NCBI GenBank assembly: GCA_038882975.1 | Contig: JAVZNE010000001.1 | Span: 32,001-96,000 of the forward strand | DNA from: Candidatus Bathyarchaeia archaeon | GTDB lineage: Archaea; Thermoproteota; Bathyarchaeia; Bathyarchaeales; Bathycorpusculaceae | Reading direction: 5' to 3' | DNA length: 64,000 nt | In this document: positions 29,240-38,503 of the stretch, one piece after another | How the letters are laid out: the number at the start of each line of letters is the position of its first letter | How positions within the stretch are numbered: position 1 is the stretch's first letter | Notes under the pieces: generated by a model | The model's database searches: none | What the model was told of the DNA's origin: nothing | What the model saw: the letters and a program-made list of their open reading frames with translations, nothing else | Program-made: the position numbers and the translations under genes

Positions 29240-29266
29240 CCCTTTTCCCTTTTTATTTTTGTTTTG
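29240..29266 (+). terminator. Oligo-T archaeal-type terminator
   Basis: cccttttccctttttattttgtttt immediately after the stop codon. Confidence 0.5.
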
Positions 29267-29314
29267 GGAATAAAAGTTTATATTGTGTATTGCTACGTAA
29301 TATTTGGGATTTAG

Positions 29315-29434
29315 ATGGGCCACAGAAGAGGAGAAAACGATGAAATCCGCTGGCAAATAATAAAGGCGATGCTGGACGAATTTCCAAACTTAAGAGAAAG
29401 AGTTAAGGTCTACATCGAAAAGCAGAAACGATAG
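29315..29434 (+). CDS. Small 39-aa protein (not in ORF track)
   Basis: MGHRRGENDEIRWQIIKAMLDEFPNLRERVKVYIEKQKR*; purine-rich BRE and TTTATA box ~35 nt upstream; fills an otherwise empty gap. Confidence 0.55.
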   Translation: MGHRRGENDEIRWQIIKAMLDEFPNLRERVKVYIEKQKR

Positions 29435-29452
29435 GAAAAGGCTTAGACGCTT

Positions 29453-29803
29453 TTAGACGTGGTTTCTTTTCAGCAAATGCGGTGGTGGAACCTTAACATT
29501 ATTTTTGCCATTCTCATTTTCAGACTTAAGAAGTCCCGTCAACTCGCGGTAGCGCTGGAGAAAATCTAAACCCTTAGGCGTCGCCTTATAAATCTCCTTA
29601 TCCCTTTCGACAATTTTATCAAGGAGGTTGACTTTCAGCATGAACTCCAAATAATCGTTAAGCTGTGTAAAGCTCAAATTAGCCCTATACATAATCTGAG
29701 TTTTTAAAACACCGTCTTTAGCGATGTCCAAAATTTCAGCAATTATGTATAGTTTGTCTCTCCTCTTTTGGGATGGGGTGGTGCCCCAAACATTCATTTC
29801 CAC
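29453..29803 (-). CDS. Archaeal winged-helix DNA-binding protein (HTH_45-like)
   Basis: RRDxLxIIAEIL...KTQIMYRANLSF..LNxYL....YKxTxKG. Confidence 0.88.
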   Translation of the reverse strand: MEMNVWGTTPSQKRRDKLYIIAEILDIAKDGVLKTQIMYRANLSFTQLNDYLEFMLKVNLLDKIVERDKEIYKATPKGLDFLQRYRELTGLLKSENENGKNNVKVPPPHLLKRNHV

Positions 29804-29975
29804 AATATTCCTCTTCTACAAATCCTTCTACGATAAGAATGGTGGATGGCATGTTTTAAGCGGTGTTTCTCATAGGCTACTATTACAATTATCGAAATAT
29901 TCTCTAGAACAAACTTCTATAAGAAAAAACTTTAATCCTCAAATGAAAAACATTGCCCTAGGAAGCGTGTGGAAA

Positions 29976-30476
29976 ATGCTGATTGGGTTAATGGCTGACA
30001 CACATGATAACTTGCCTATGGTGGAAAAAGCCATAAAAAGGTTAAACGAAGAAAATGTTGAGCTTGTGCTTCATGCTGGAGATTATGTTGCGCCTTTTGT
30101 CATACCGAAATTTAGGGATTTAAGGGCTAGGCTGATAGGGGTTTTTGGCAATAATGATGGGGACCGAGAACTTTTAAAAAAGAGGTTTGGCGAAAATGAG
30201 AGGCTGGAGGTTAGGGGAAACTTTGCGGAAATAAACATTGGAAAAGCAAAAATCGTGTTGTTGCATGGAAGTGAAGAGGAACTTTTGAGGGCTATAATCA
30301 ACAGTGGAAACTTCGATGCGGTTGTCCACGGACACACCCATAAGGCTGAAATATACAGGAAAGGCAAAACGTTGGTGGTGAATCCAGGCGAGGTTTGCGG
30401 TTACTTAACTGGAAAATCAACCATCGCCTTATTGGACGTGGAGAAACTTGAAGCAAAAATGATAGATTTAATTTAA
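29976..30476 (+). CDS. YfcE/MJ0936-family metallophosphoesterase
   Basis: DTHD, HAGD, GNND, HG, HGHTH, NPGE; real start at ATG 29976. Confidence 0.92.
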   Translation: MLIGLMADTHDNLPMVEKAIKRLNEENVELVLHAGDYVAPFVIPKFRDLRARLIGVFGNNDGDRELLKKRFGENERLEVRGNFAEINIGKAKIVLLHGSEEELLRAIINSGNFDAVVHGHTHKAEIYRKGKTLVVNPGEVCGYLTGKSTIALLDVEKLEAKMIDLI

Positions 30477-31423
30477 ACAGTTGATGGAATTTCAGTTTTG
30501 GCTGAGTTGTATGGCTGTCTTCTTTGATTGGCTATTTTGAAAAGTTTCGCTAGCTCTTCGTCTTTTGCTCCGTTTCGCGTAGGCGTTAGAATATCCACTG
30601 TATTGTCGTTTCTCATTAGGCATGGTTTAAGTTTTCCGTCGCTTGTTAGGCGTAAACGTGTGCAGTGCCAACAGAAGTCTGTATTCTCTATTGGGTGGAC
30701 AACCTCAACTTTTACGTCTGGCAAGTGATATATGTGGCGGTTTTGCATGTGTTTTCTGGCTTCTATTTTTATGGCTTTCTGCTTTAACATCTCATCATAC
30801 TCGTTAAGAGGCTTGTGATAGGCGGCATAGTATTCGCTGCTTATGTTTACTGGTTCAAGCTCGATGAGTTGTAGAACTGCGTCAACTTTCCTTGCAAAAT
30901 TGATCATTTCTGGCACTTGAGAGTCGTTAACTCCCTTTAAAACAAGCATGTTTAGCTTTACTGGGTTAAGTCCAGCCTCAACAGCCGCCCTAACACCATT
31001 TAAAACGTCTTCCAGTCTGCCGCCAGTCAGTTTACGGTATGTTTCTCCGTCAATTGTTGGCAAGTTTATGTTTACACGCTTCAAGCCATTCGCCTTAAGC
31101 TCTTTTGCTAGGGGTTCAAGCAATGTCCCGTTGGTTGTCATTGATAGCTCTTCTAAGCCCGGTATGGAGGCTAAGCCCTTGACTATTTGTAGTATGTCCT
31201 TTCGGAGCAAAGGTTCCCCGCCCGTCAGCTTAATTCTTGAAATGCCCAAACCGACGGCTATCTTTGAAATGCGCACGACTTCTTCAACAGTCATTTCTGT
31301 TGTGTTTTCGGCTGTTTTTTCTTCGCCTTCAGCGTGGCAGAAACTGCAGTGTAAATTGCATGGCTTTGTGAGGGCTATTCGTAGATTTAAAAGTGGGCGT
31401 CCATAGTTGTCGAATAGCACCAT
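30473..31423 (-). CDS. moaA: GTP 3',8-cyclase MoaA
   Basis: DNYGRP, CNLHCSFCH, TGGEP, TTNG, CxxCxRLRLTSDGKLKPC. Confidence 0.96.
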   Translation of the reverse strand: MVLFDNYGRPLLNLRIALTKPCNLHCSFCHAEGEEKTAENTTEMTVEEVVRISKIAVGLGISRIKLTGGEPLLRKDILQIVKGLASIPGLEELSMTTNGTLLEPLAKELKANGLKRVNINLPTIDGETYRKLTGGRLEDVLNGVRAAVEAGLNPVKLNMLVLKGVNDSQVPEMINFARKVDAVLQLIELEPVNISSEYYAAYHKPLNEYDEMLKQKAIKIEARKHMQNRHIYHLPDVKVEVVHPIENTDFCWHCTRLRLTSDGKLKPCLMRNDNTVDILTPTRNGAKDEELAKLFKIANQRRQPYNSAKTEIPSTV

Positions 31424-31425
31424 CG

Positions 31426-31953
31426 TTATTCCCGCGCGTGCTTAACGATGTGTGCAGCTTCCGGCAATATAAGCTTTTCAAGACAAAGCATCGCAGCATC
31501 CATGGAGCCTGGAATGCAAAAGAAAACTTTGCCTTTCGCGACTCCGGCAGCAGCTCTCGACAAGACCGCGGCGGAACCAATCTCTTTATAGCTTAGAAAT
31601 CTGAAGATTTCGCCGAAGCCGGGCAGGGTTTTCTCAAAGAATGGCGAAACCGTTTCGATGGTTATATCAGAGGGCGCTATGCCGGTTCCACCGCAAAAAA
31701 TAACGACGTCCACGTCGGAGTTTAGGGCGTATTTCACGCCATCTTCGATGAAAGCCTTATCGTCGGGTATAAGCCTTCGAAAGGATACTGTGTGTTCGGC
31801 ATGCTTAACCAATCCTTCGATTAGGTCGCCTGATTCGTCGCTAATTTTTTCGCCTTTCATTAGCTGGTTGTAGCGGGATGTGCTAACGACAAAGATTCCA
31901 AAACTAAGCCTTTTTGGAGCCTCAGCCCTATGCCTACGCGTGCTCTCACTCAT
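31426..31953 (-). CDS. moaB: MogA/MoaB-family molybdopterin adenylyltransferase
   Basis: DESG, PDD, GGTG..D.T.E, PGFGE.FR, LSRA.AG, PGS. Confidence 0.93.
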   Translation of the reverse strand: MSESTRRHRAEAPKRLSFGIFVVSTSRYNQLMKGEKISDESGDLIEGLVKHAEHTVSFRRLIPDDKAFIEDGVKYALNSDVDVVIFCGGTGIAPSDITIETVSPFFEKTLPGFGEIFRFLSYKEIGSAAVLSRAAAGVAKGKVFFCIPGSMDAAMLCLEKLILPEAAHIVKHARE

Positions 31954-31979
31954 GCTTAAGCCTTTTCCTTTCCAGTCCT

Positions 31980-33662
31980 TTAAACGCTGGATTCTCTTCT
32001 ATGTATTGCCTTTATAATTTTATTGCGGGTTAATAGGCAAATGCTGACCGTGCCAGCTATTAAAATGACTATTATTGCGGAGGGTTGAAGCTCTGGAATG
32101 AGGTTGGGTGAAACGCGAATCAAAGTAAGAAGAGTTACTTTTATGTGGTTTTCAAGCTCGTCTGATTCCACCCAATTTAGGGTTTCCGTCGAAGTCGAAT
32201 TGTCATAGGATGTGTGAATCCAGCCAGGAGTGCCCCTATACCATAAATCGCTATAGAAAAGCGGATAGGAACAAAGCATAACACTAGACGCTACTGAAAA
32301 AGCATCTGAAATCCCTAAATTGACACCCCAGTAGCTTTGAATTGCATAATTGATGCTGGTGGGAACGCGGAACGATTCTTGGTCTGAACCACCAGTACTT
32401 TCAAGCTCTATACTCACGCTTAAGTCTTGGGCTGCTTCAATTATTTTCTGTGCCAGTTGGCTATTCGGAGTTTCTGTGGCGTATAAGTCGTCGCTTCCAA
32501 TACAGTCAAGGTTTATTACAGCCTCGATATTCGCCATTTCACTTTTATGTTCTTTAACGAAATGTGCTGAACCAACAAGGTAAAGCTCCTCGCCGGCGAA
32601 AGCTACAAACAAAATTGTGTAGGCTGGTTGATAAAGTCCCTCTTGCATGGCTTGGCTAATGACTTTGGCAAGTTCTATTACGCCGGCTACTCCAGCACCG
32701 TTATCGCAAAAGCCGCAGCACATAACAGTGTCGTAATGAGCTGAAACTATGACAATCTTTTGAGGGTCACTTGCGCCTTCTATTTTTCCAACAACATTGT
32801 AGTGGGTGCCATTTTGGTTTATGCGTGCCTTAATCTCTACAAAGGCGGATAAACGTTGGTCAGCCGCTTCTTTCTGCCTAATCATCAAGCCATCAGCATA
32901 ACTTACAAAGCCAACTGGGATTTGGAGATTCCAGAAGTATGTGCCACGTAGGCTTAATGGTAAGCCTCCAGCCGAGGAATGCATTGGCGGGGTGAAGCTC
33001 ATCCAATCATACCACCATGTAAAGATAACGGCTGTGGGATGCTGTACCGTCAATTTTTCTTTAAACCTCTGTTCCCAAAAGGAGTTCCAACGAACCTCTC
33101 TACCAATCAAAACGATTCTATCAGTAGTGTTTATAGTATTCCATAATGTTGTTGGATCTATACTGCTTGAACGTACTTCTTCATAGTTTGCCGCTGGGGG
33201 CAGAGGAAGAACTACAAGGTCTTTGAGGGAACCTAGCCACAATGGTTGGCTGTAATGTTCGCATTGAAAGGAGTTAATAATAATTCTGTCATTCACGGTC
33301 CCAGGATTCCCGTCTTCGTCTATAACCAGCAATGGTTTAGCCTCTAAAGTCCAGTTTACAAAGGTGAAGGGTTCAAGCCAAGCGTTCAAACCAAAACTTT
33401 CAAACTGTTCTTTAATCCAAACAGCCGCCTCATAGGCGCCGCTGGAACCAGACGAGCGAAAATCTGGATGAGCTAAGGAAAACTCTTCCAACGCCAAGTC
33501 ATAACTATAAGCCCGTGTGCCATTAACAAGCTCGACAATTTGGGTTTCGATGGGGTCTAAAGAGGGACTTTGAAAGCTGGTGGCATTTTTGCCGTTGAAC
33601 CATGGCACAAGTAAAGCTATAATTAAGAACAGCAAAGGGAAAACAAGAAATCGTTTATCCAT
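31980..33662 (-). CDS. Exported M28-family metallopeptidase with C-terminal membrane anchor
   Basis: SAHYD, DNGAG, GEE, NLD, SD, HTxxD; N-terminal signal; IPEL + TM + basic tail. Confidence 0.88.
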   Translation of the reverse strand: MDKRFLVFPLLFLIIALLVPWFNGKNATSFQSPSLDPIETQIVELVNGTRAYSYDLALEEFSLAHPDFRSSGSSGAYEAAVWIKEQFESFGLNAWLEPFTFVNWTLEAKPLLVIDEDGNPGTVNDRIIINSFQCEHYSQPLWLGSLKDLVVLPLPPAANYEEVRSSSIDPTTLWNTINTTDRIVLIGREVRWNSFWEQRFKEKLTVQHPTAVIFTWWYDWMSFTPPMHSSAGGLPLSLRGTYFWNLQIPVGFVSYADGLMIRQKEAADQRLSAFVEIKARINQNGTHYNVVGKIEGASDPQKIVIVSAHYDTVMCCGFCDNGAGVAGVIELAKVISQAMQEGLYQPAYTILFVAFAGEELYLVGSAHFVKEHKSEMANIEAVINLDCIGSDDLYATETPNSQLAQKIIEAAQDLSVSIELESTGGSDQESFRVPTSINYAIQSYWGVNLGISDAFSVASSVMLCSYPLFYSDLWYRGTPGWIHTSYDNSTSTETLNWVESDELENHIKVTLLTLIRVSPNLIPELQPSAIIVILIAGTVSICLLTRNKIIKAIHRRESSV

Positions 33663-33724
33663 AAATGATGCCCAGAATAACTTTTAAGTTGCAGAGCAAA
33701 TAAAGTTTGTGAAAACGCCCAATT

Positions 33725-34168
33725 TCACTTCTTAATTTTCTCAACAACACGAATTTCTTCAATAACCGTTGATGGATACTGCCCCCTTTCGTCCTTTTCA
33801 TACTGTTTTACCATATCCCAAATTGTTAGGAGGCTTATGGCTGTCGCCACCAGGGCTTCCATTTCAACGCCTGTTTGGGCTTCGGTTTTAACGATAGAAG
33901 AAACCTCAACCACTGATTCGTCTAGGATTTCTATGTTCACTTTCACGTTTGTTAGGGGTAGCGGGTGGCAGAAGGGTATTAGGATGCTTGTTTCTTTTGC
34001 CGCTAGGGTTCCGGCGATTTTAGCCGTGTAAAACGGGTCGCCCTTTTCAACTTTTCCACTTTTTATCAGGTTTATGGTTTCTGGTTTTAGCCTAATCCTT
34101 CCGGTGGCTGTTGCCTCACGGTAAACTTTTGGCTTTCCGGTTATGTTAACCATCGCCACACAAATCAC
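33725..34168 (-). CDS. moaC: Cyclic pyranopterin monophosphate synthase MoaC
   Basis: MVxITxK..R.A.A, KGD, LIPFCHP, TGVEMEAL, WDMVK. Confidence 0.96.
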   Translation of the reverse strand: MICVAMVNITGKPKVYREATATGRIRLKPETINLIKSGKVEKGDPFYTAKIAGTLAAKETSILIPFCHPLPLTNVKVNIEILDESVVEVSSIVKTEAQTGVEMEALVATAISLLTIWDMVKQYEKDERGQYPSTVIEEIRVVEKIKK

Positions 34169-34204
34169 AGCTCCATTCAGAGTCTAGAAAGCCCAGCTTA
34201 TTAT

Positions 34205-34498
34205 TTAATGGTTCTGAAAGGCTTTGTCAGCTTTTTCGTTTTTCTCCCAACTTTCGATTAGGCTTTGTATAGCTCTAGCCTTTGCAGAGTTTGTGTCAAA
34301 GCGGTATAAGCGAATTCTTCCAAATCTTTTATGGCGAAGAATTCCCTCGTCTTCGAGGATTTTCAAATGCTCCATTGTTGTTTTATAGTTTGCACCTATT
34401 CTTCTGGCTACTTCTGAAACGTTCAGCTCTCCCATCAGATTAAGGATTTTCAAAATTTTTATGCGAAGCCTGTTTCCAAGAACATCTTCTATTTGCAT
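34205..34498 (-). CDS. ArsR-family wHTH regulator
   Basis: ELNVSEVAR..NY....HL..L...G..FGRIRLY. Confidence 0.85.
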   Translation of the reverse strand: MQIEDVLGNRLRIKILKILNLMGELNVSEVARRIGANYKTTMEHLKILEDEGILRHKRFGRIRLYRFDTNSAKARAIQSLIESWEKNEKADKAFQNH

Positions 34499-34527
34499 GT
34501 TACGTGAAAGTTTGTTGGCGTCTCTAT

Positions 34528-34905
34528 TTAAGTTTGGTCTTGATACATGTTGTCTACAACTTTAATCCATCTGGTCGCCAATATCTGGTCAAAGTCTTCG
34601 CTTTTTGGGTCTAGGTCTGAAGCCACCAAGTGCCAATGGTCGTTTATTGTGGCGAAGGTGCTGTCCAAAATTACAAATTTTGGCGTATACTTGAAGACTT
34701 CACGTCCTATTTGGGATATTATGTTTAGGGCGCGTTCATAAGCCTTGTAGGGTATGGTGTGCTGGTGCCGCTTATAGATTATCATGATTCTTTCTCTGTG
34801 CCCCTTAAGGTTCTTGGTTCGCAGAACAATGAAGGAGTCATCCTCGTAGAAGACTTTCTCCTTTCGAAGGTCTAACTCGCATAGGGGGCAGTTAGCCGTC
34901 ATCAC
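34528..34905 (-). CDS. HIT-like protein
   Basis: N-terminal CPLC, xYEDD.F.V, C-terminal HWH; no complete HxHxH triad. Confidence 0.55.
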   Translation of the reverse strand: MMTANCPLCELDLRKEKVFYEDDSFIVLRTKNLKGHRERIMIIYKRHQHTIPYKAYERALNIISQIGREVFKYTPKFVILDSTFATINDHWHLVASDLDPKSEDFDQILATRWIKVVDNMYQDQT

Positions 34906-34964
34906 GCATACCGCCTAGTCATCAGAATAATAAAATGTATGAAGGGGCATATGTGTTTATTGCA

Positions 34965-36158
34965 TTATCTGCCTTCAATTTCCCTTCCTAGAAGGGTTGT
35001 TAGCTCCCTTTCTAGCTCTTGCGCTGGAATTCCAGGTAGACATACAAGTGTGGTTCTTCCCCGCCGAACAGAGGATGATACGCTTTTCTTAATTATGCCT
35101 ATGGCTGAGAGCATTTGCAAGTACTTCCAAAGTTGCGTGTGGGTGTGGGGTTGCACACCAAACTCTTCGCATACAACAGCGTATGCCCGCTCCACCTCTG
35201 TTAGGGAGGCATAGGCTCTATCACTGTTTTCTTTAAAGAACCGCGCCACGCCCAGTAAGAAGAGCTTCCCGTGTAGGCTTAATGTGGCAAGGTCGCTTTT
35301 CTTTGCAGTCATGTATATGCTTGAAACAGCTTTTCTAACGCATTCAGGTGTCACCGTACCTAAGTCTTCGGCGTCAGCATATTTCCCAGCCCTCCATAGG
35401 AGTTCTATGGCGAAGCGGGCGTTTCCGCCTTCTGAACTGGCAAGCTCAGCGATGAGATTTACAGTTTCTTCTTGAACGGTTAGGGGTTTGAAGGCTAGTT
35501 GAACCCTATCGTTTATAATATCCACAAGTTGTTCTCGGCTGTAGGGTTCAAGTTGTATTATGTTGGATTGCAGCGTGCTCCTAGTGCTTAGGTCAAGTCC
35601 CTCCATAGCCTTCAAGCTTTTCAATATGCCTATGAGGGAAACCCTTTGTGGCTTGCCAAGCCTTGCCTCTTGGAGGCGTGTGAGCTTGTAAACCGGTTCT
35701 GCTCCTTCCCTATCAATTAGGCTTTCAAACTCGTCTAGTGTTAAAATGGTGTAGGCGTTCTGCTCGTCTAGAACTTGTAGGAAAATGTTTAGCAGTTCTT
35801 CCGCTGAAAAGCCACGTTTTGGAAATGTTGGGTGGAAAAATGAGACTGCGTGGTGGAGTATTAGGAATAGACTTCCACGGTATTGGCGGCAGTTTACATG
35901 AATATAGTTAAGGTTTATCCCTTTCTGCTTGGCTTGCTGGGTTATGTCTGCTCCAAACCTTTGGGAAAGGGCAGTTTTCCCGGTTCCAACATCCCCAACT
36001 ATTAAGACTCTTTGAGCCATTTTCTCTGGGGCAGTAAGTGTGAAGCTGAAAAATTCCTTGAGAAGTCGCATTTCAGCCTCTCTATGAGGGAGTCTGCTTG
36101 GAATATAGTTTATGTCAAGCTTCGCCTCGTCCTTAAACACGCTTCTGTAGGATGACAA
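34965..36158 (-). CDS. cdc6: Orc1/Cdc6 replication initiator
   Basis: YIPxRLPHRE, Walker A GDVGTGKT, VNC, LDEF, PY..QL..I..R, GNAR.A, C-terminal wH with RGRTT. Confidence 0.95.
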   Translation of the reverse strand: MSSYRSVFKDEAKLDINYIPSRLPHREAEMRLLKEFFSFTLTAPEKMAQRVLIVGDVGTGKTALSQRFGADITQQAKQKGINLNYIHVNCRQYRGSLFLILHHAVSFFHPTFPKRGFSAEELLNIFLQVLDEQNAYTILTLDEFESLIDREGAEPVYKLTRLQEARLGKPQRVSLIGILKSLKAMEGLDLSTRSTLQSNIIQLEPYSREQLVDIINDRVQLAFKPLTVQEETVNLIAELASSEGGNARFAIELLWRAGKYADAEDLGTVTPECVRKAVSSIYMTAKKSDLATLSLHGKLFLLGVARFFKENSDRAYASLTEVERAYAVVCEEFGVQPHTHTQLWKYLQMLSAIGIIKKSVSSSVRRGRTTLVCLPGIPAQELERELTTLLGREIEGR

Positions 36159-36282
36159 CCCTCAAGACCTAATGAGAAAATAGATTAAACCTCTGTTATG
36201 TTTTTTCCTTCAAAATTTGCATCTGCCTTTTGAAAACACAAAACTTTTAAGCTGATTTCCGTATTTTACAGCGAAAAGTGAA

Positions 36283-36837
36283 ATGATTCCAAAATACTTC
36301 TTTCTAACAAAGGGCGTTGGAAAACATAAGGAGCAACTTCAATCCTTCGAGTTGGCACTGCGGAACGCTGGAATTCATCACTGCAACATAGTGAACGTTT
36401 CAAGCATAATACCGCCCGGCTGCAAGCTCATCCCAAAGGAGAAGGGGTTAAAAATGCTTAGACCTGGCGAAATAACCTTTGTTGTCTTGGCTAGAAACCA
36501 AACAAACGAGCCGCATAGGCTTATTGCCGCCTCGATAGGCGTGGCAATACCATCTGGCAAGAATAATTACGGCTATTTGTCAGAGCACCACTCTTTTGGG
36601 CAGACAGATGAGGTGGCTGGAGACTATGCTGAGGATTTGGCTGCAACGATGCTGGCAACAACTATGGGAATTCCCTTTGACCCCCAGACGGCTTGGGATG
36701 AGCGGAAACAACAGTTTAGGGCAAGCGGACTCATCATTAAAACCACGAATATAACGCAGTCAGCCACAGGCGACAAAAACGGCTTATGGACAACGGTCAT
36801 TGCTGCGGCTGTCTTCGTTCCTGGAAGAAGAACCTAA
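36283..36837 (+). CDS. pdaD: Pyruvoyl-dependent arginine decarboxylase
   Basis: SFELALR.AGI...N...VSSI.PP cleavage site, GYLSEH, WTTVxAA. Confidence 0.93.
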   Translation: MIPKYFFLTKGVGKHKEQLQSFELALRNAGIHHCNIVNVSSIIPPGCKLIPKEKGLKMLRPGEITFVVLARNQTNEPHRLIAASIGVAIPSGKNNYGYLSEHHSFGQTDEVAGDYAEDLAATMLATTMGIPFDPQTAWDERKQQFRASGLIIKTTNITQSATGDKNGLWTTVIAAAVFVPGRRT

Positions 36838-36916
36838 CCATCCAAACTCGCCTTTTCTTTGCCTTTCATCTAAAAGGATATTAGGCTATAGCATCTAAAA
36901 CCAACATTGCCGGTGA

Positions 36917-37609
<693 letters not shown>

Positions 37610-37621
37610 GAGAACAGCACC

Positions 37622-38503
37622 TTGAAAGTCGAAGCCGAGTGTGCGGCATGCATAATCAGCAGAGGAGCCGCTGAAATCAAGGAGGCGACAACCAATCCAG
37701 CCTTACGTTTCAGAGCCATGATGGAGCTTCTCCACATGCTAAGCAAGGAGTTTAAGCCCTCCGCAGTTCCAGCTGACCTAGGCACAAAAAGGGACCGCTT
37801 GATTAAGAGGGTTACTGGAAACAATGACCCATACAAGAGGAGCAAACGGCTATGCAATGAAAACGCCTTAAAGCTTTTGCCATATGCCAAGAAACTTGTT
37901 GAGGAAGGCTACACGTTGCAGGATAGATTTAAGAGGGCATGCCTCTGCGCCATGGTTGGCAACACCATGGAGTTTGACATTCCGGGGCATAAGTTCACAT
38001 TTAGGGGTTTAAGGAAAAGCCTAAGGGATGCAGGGAAAGACTTGGTCATCGACGATATTGGCAAAATCTATGAAGTGGCAAAAAATTCTGGAACAGTTCT
38101 CTATTTGGCGGATAATGCTGGCGAAATAGTTTTTGACACATTGGTTGTTGAGCAACTTAAAAACATGGGACTAACGGTCATTGTTGCTGTTAAGGGTGGA
38201 CCAGTCATAAACGATGCAACCTTGGAAGACGCCGAAATTTCAGGCATGACTAAAATCGCGGATAAGGTTATAACAACTGGGACGGATGCTGTTGGTTTTG
38301 CTCCAAAGGAGGTTTCAGCCGAGTTCTTGGAAGTTTACAAGTCTGTGGCCATGGTTTTTGCTAAGGGTATGGGGTACGCTGAAACGCTGACAGAGTATAA
38401 ACTTGAAAAGCCTCATGCTTTGCTTTTTAGGGCGAAGTGCGAGCCCGTGGCAAACTTTTTTGCCGTGTCAAGAGAGAAGAATGTTGCGAAGTTGATGCCG
38501 TAA
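37622..38503 (+). CDS. DUF89/ARMT1-like damage-control phosphatase
   Basis: CxxC N-terminus, DPY, GN, DNAGE..FD, NDAT, KGMG.xE, KC. Confidence 0.9.
   Translation: MKVEAECAACIISRGAAEIKEATTNPALRFRAMMELLHMLSKEFKPSAVPADLGTKRDRLIKRVTGNNDPYKRSKRLCNENALKLLPYAKKLVEEGYTLQDRFKRACLCAMVGNTMEFDIPGHKFTFRGLRKSLRDAGKDLVIDDIGKIYEVAKNSGTVLYLADNAGEIVFDTLVVEQLKNMGLTVIVAVKGGPVINDATLEDAEISGMTKIADKVITTGTDAVGFAPKEVSAEFLEVYKSVAMVFAKGMGYAETLTEYKLEKPHALLFRAKCEPVANFFAVSREKNVAKLMP

Noticed and set aside
29724-29975. N-terminal extension of the metallophosphoesterase in the ORF track
   Set aside because: Overlaps the divergent wHTH gene; the family starts at MLIGxxxDTHD (29976)
36159-36282. Possible oriC upstream of orc1/cdc6
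   Set aside because: Only ~120 bp, with no recognisable ORB (TCCAxxxGAAA...GGGG) repeats; explained by divergent promoters
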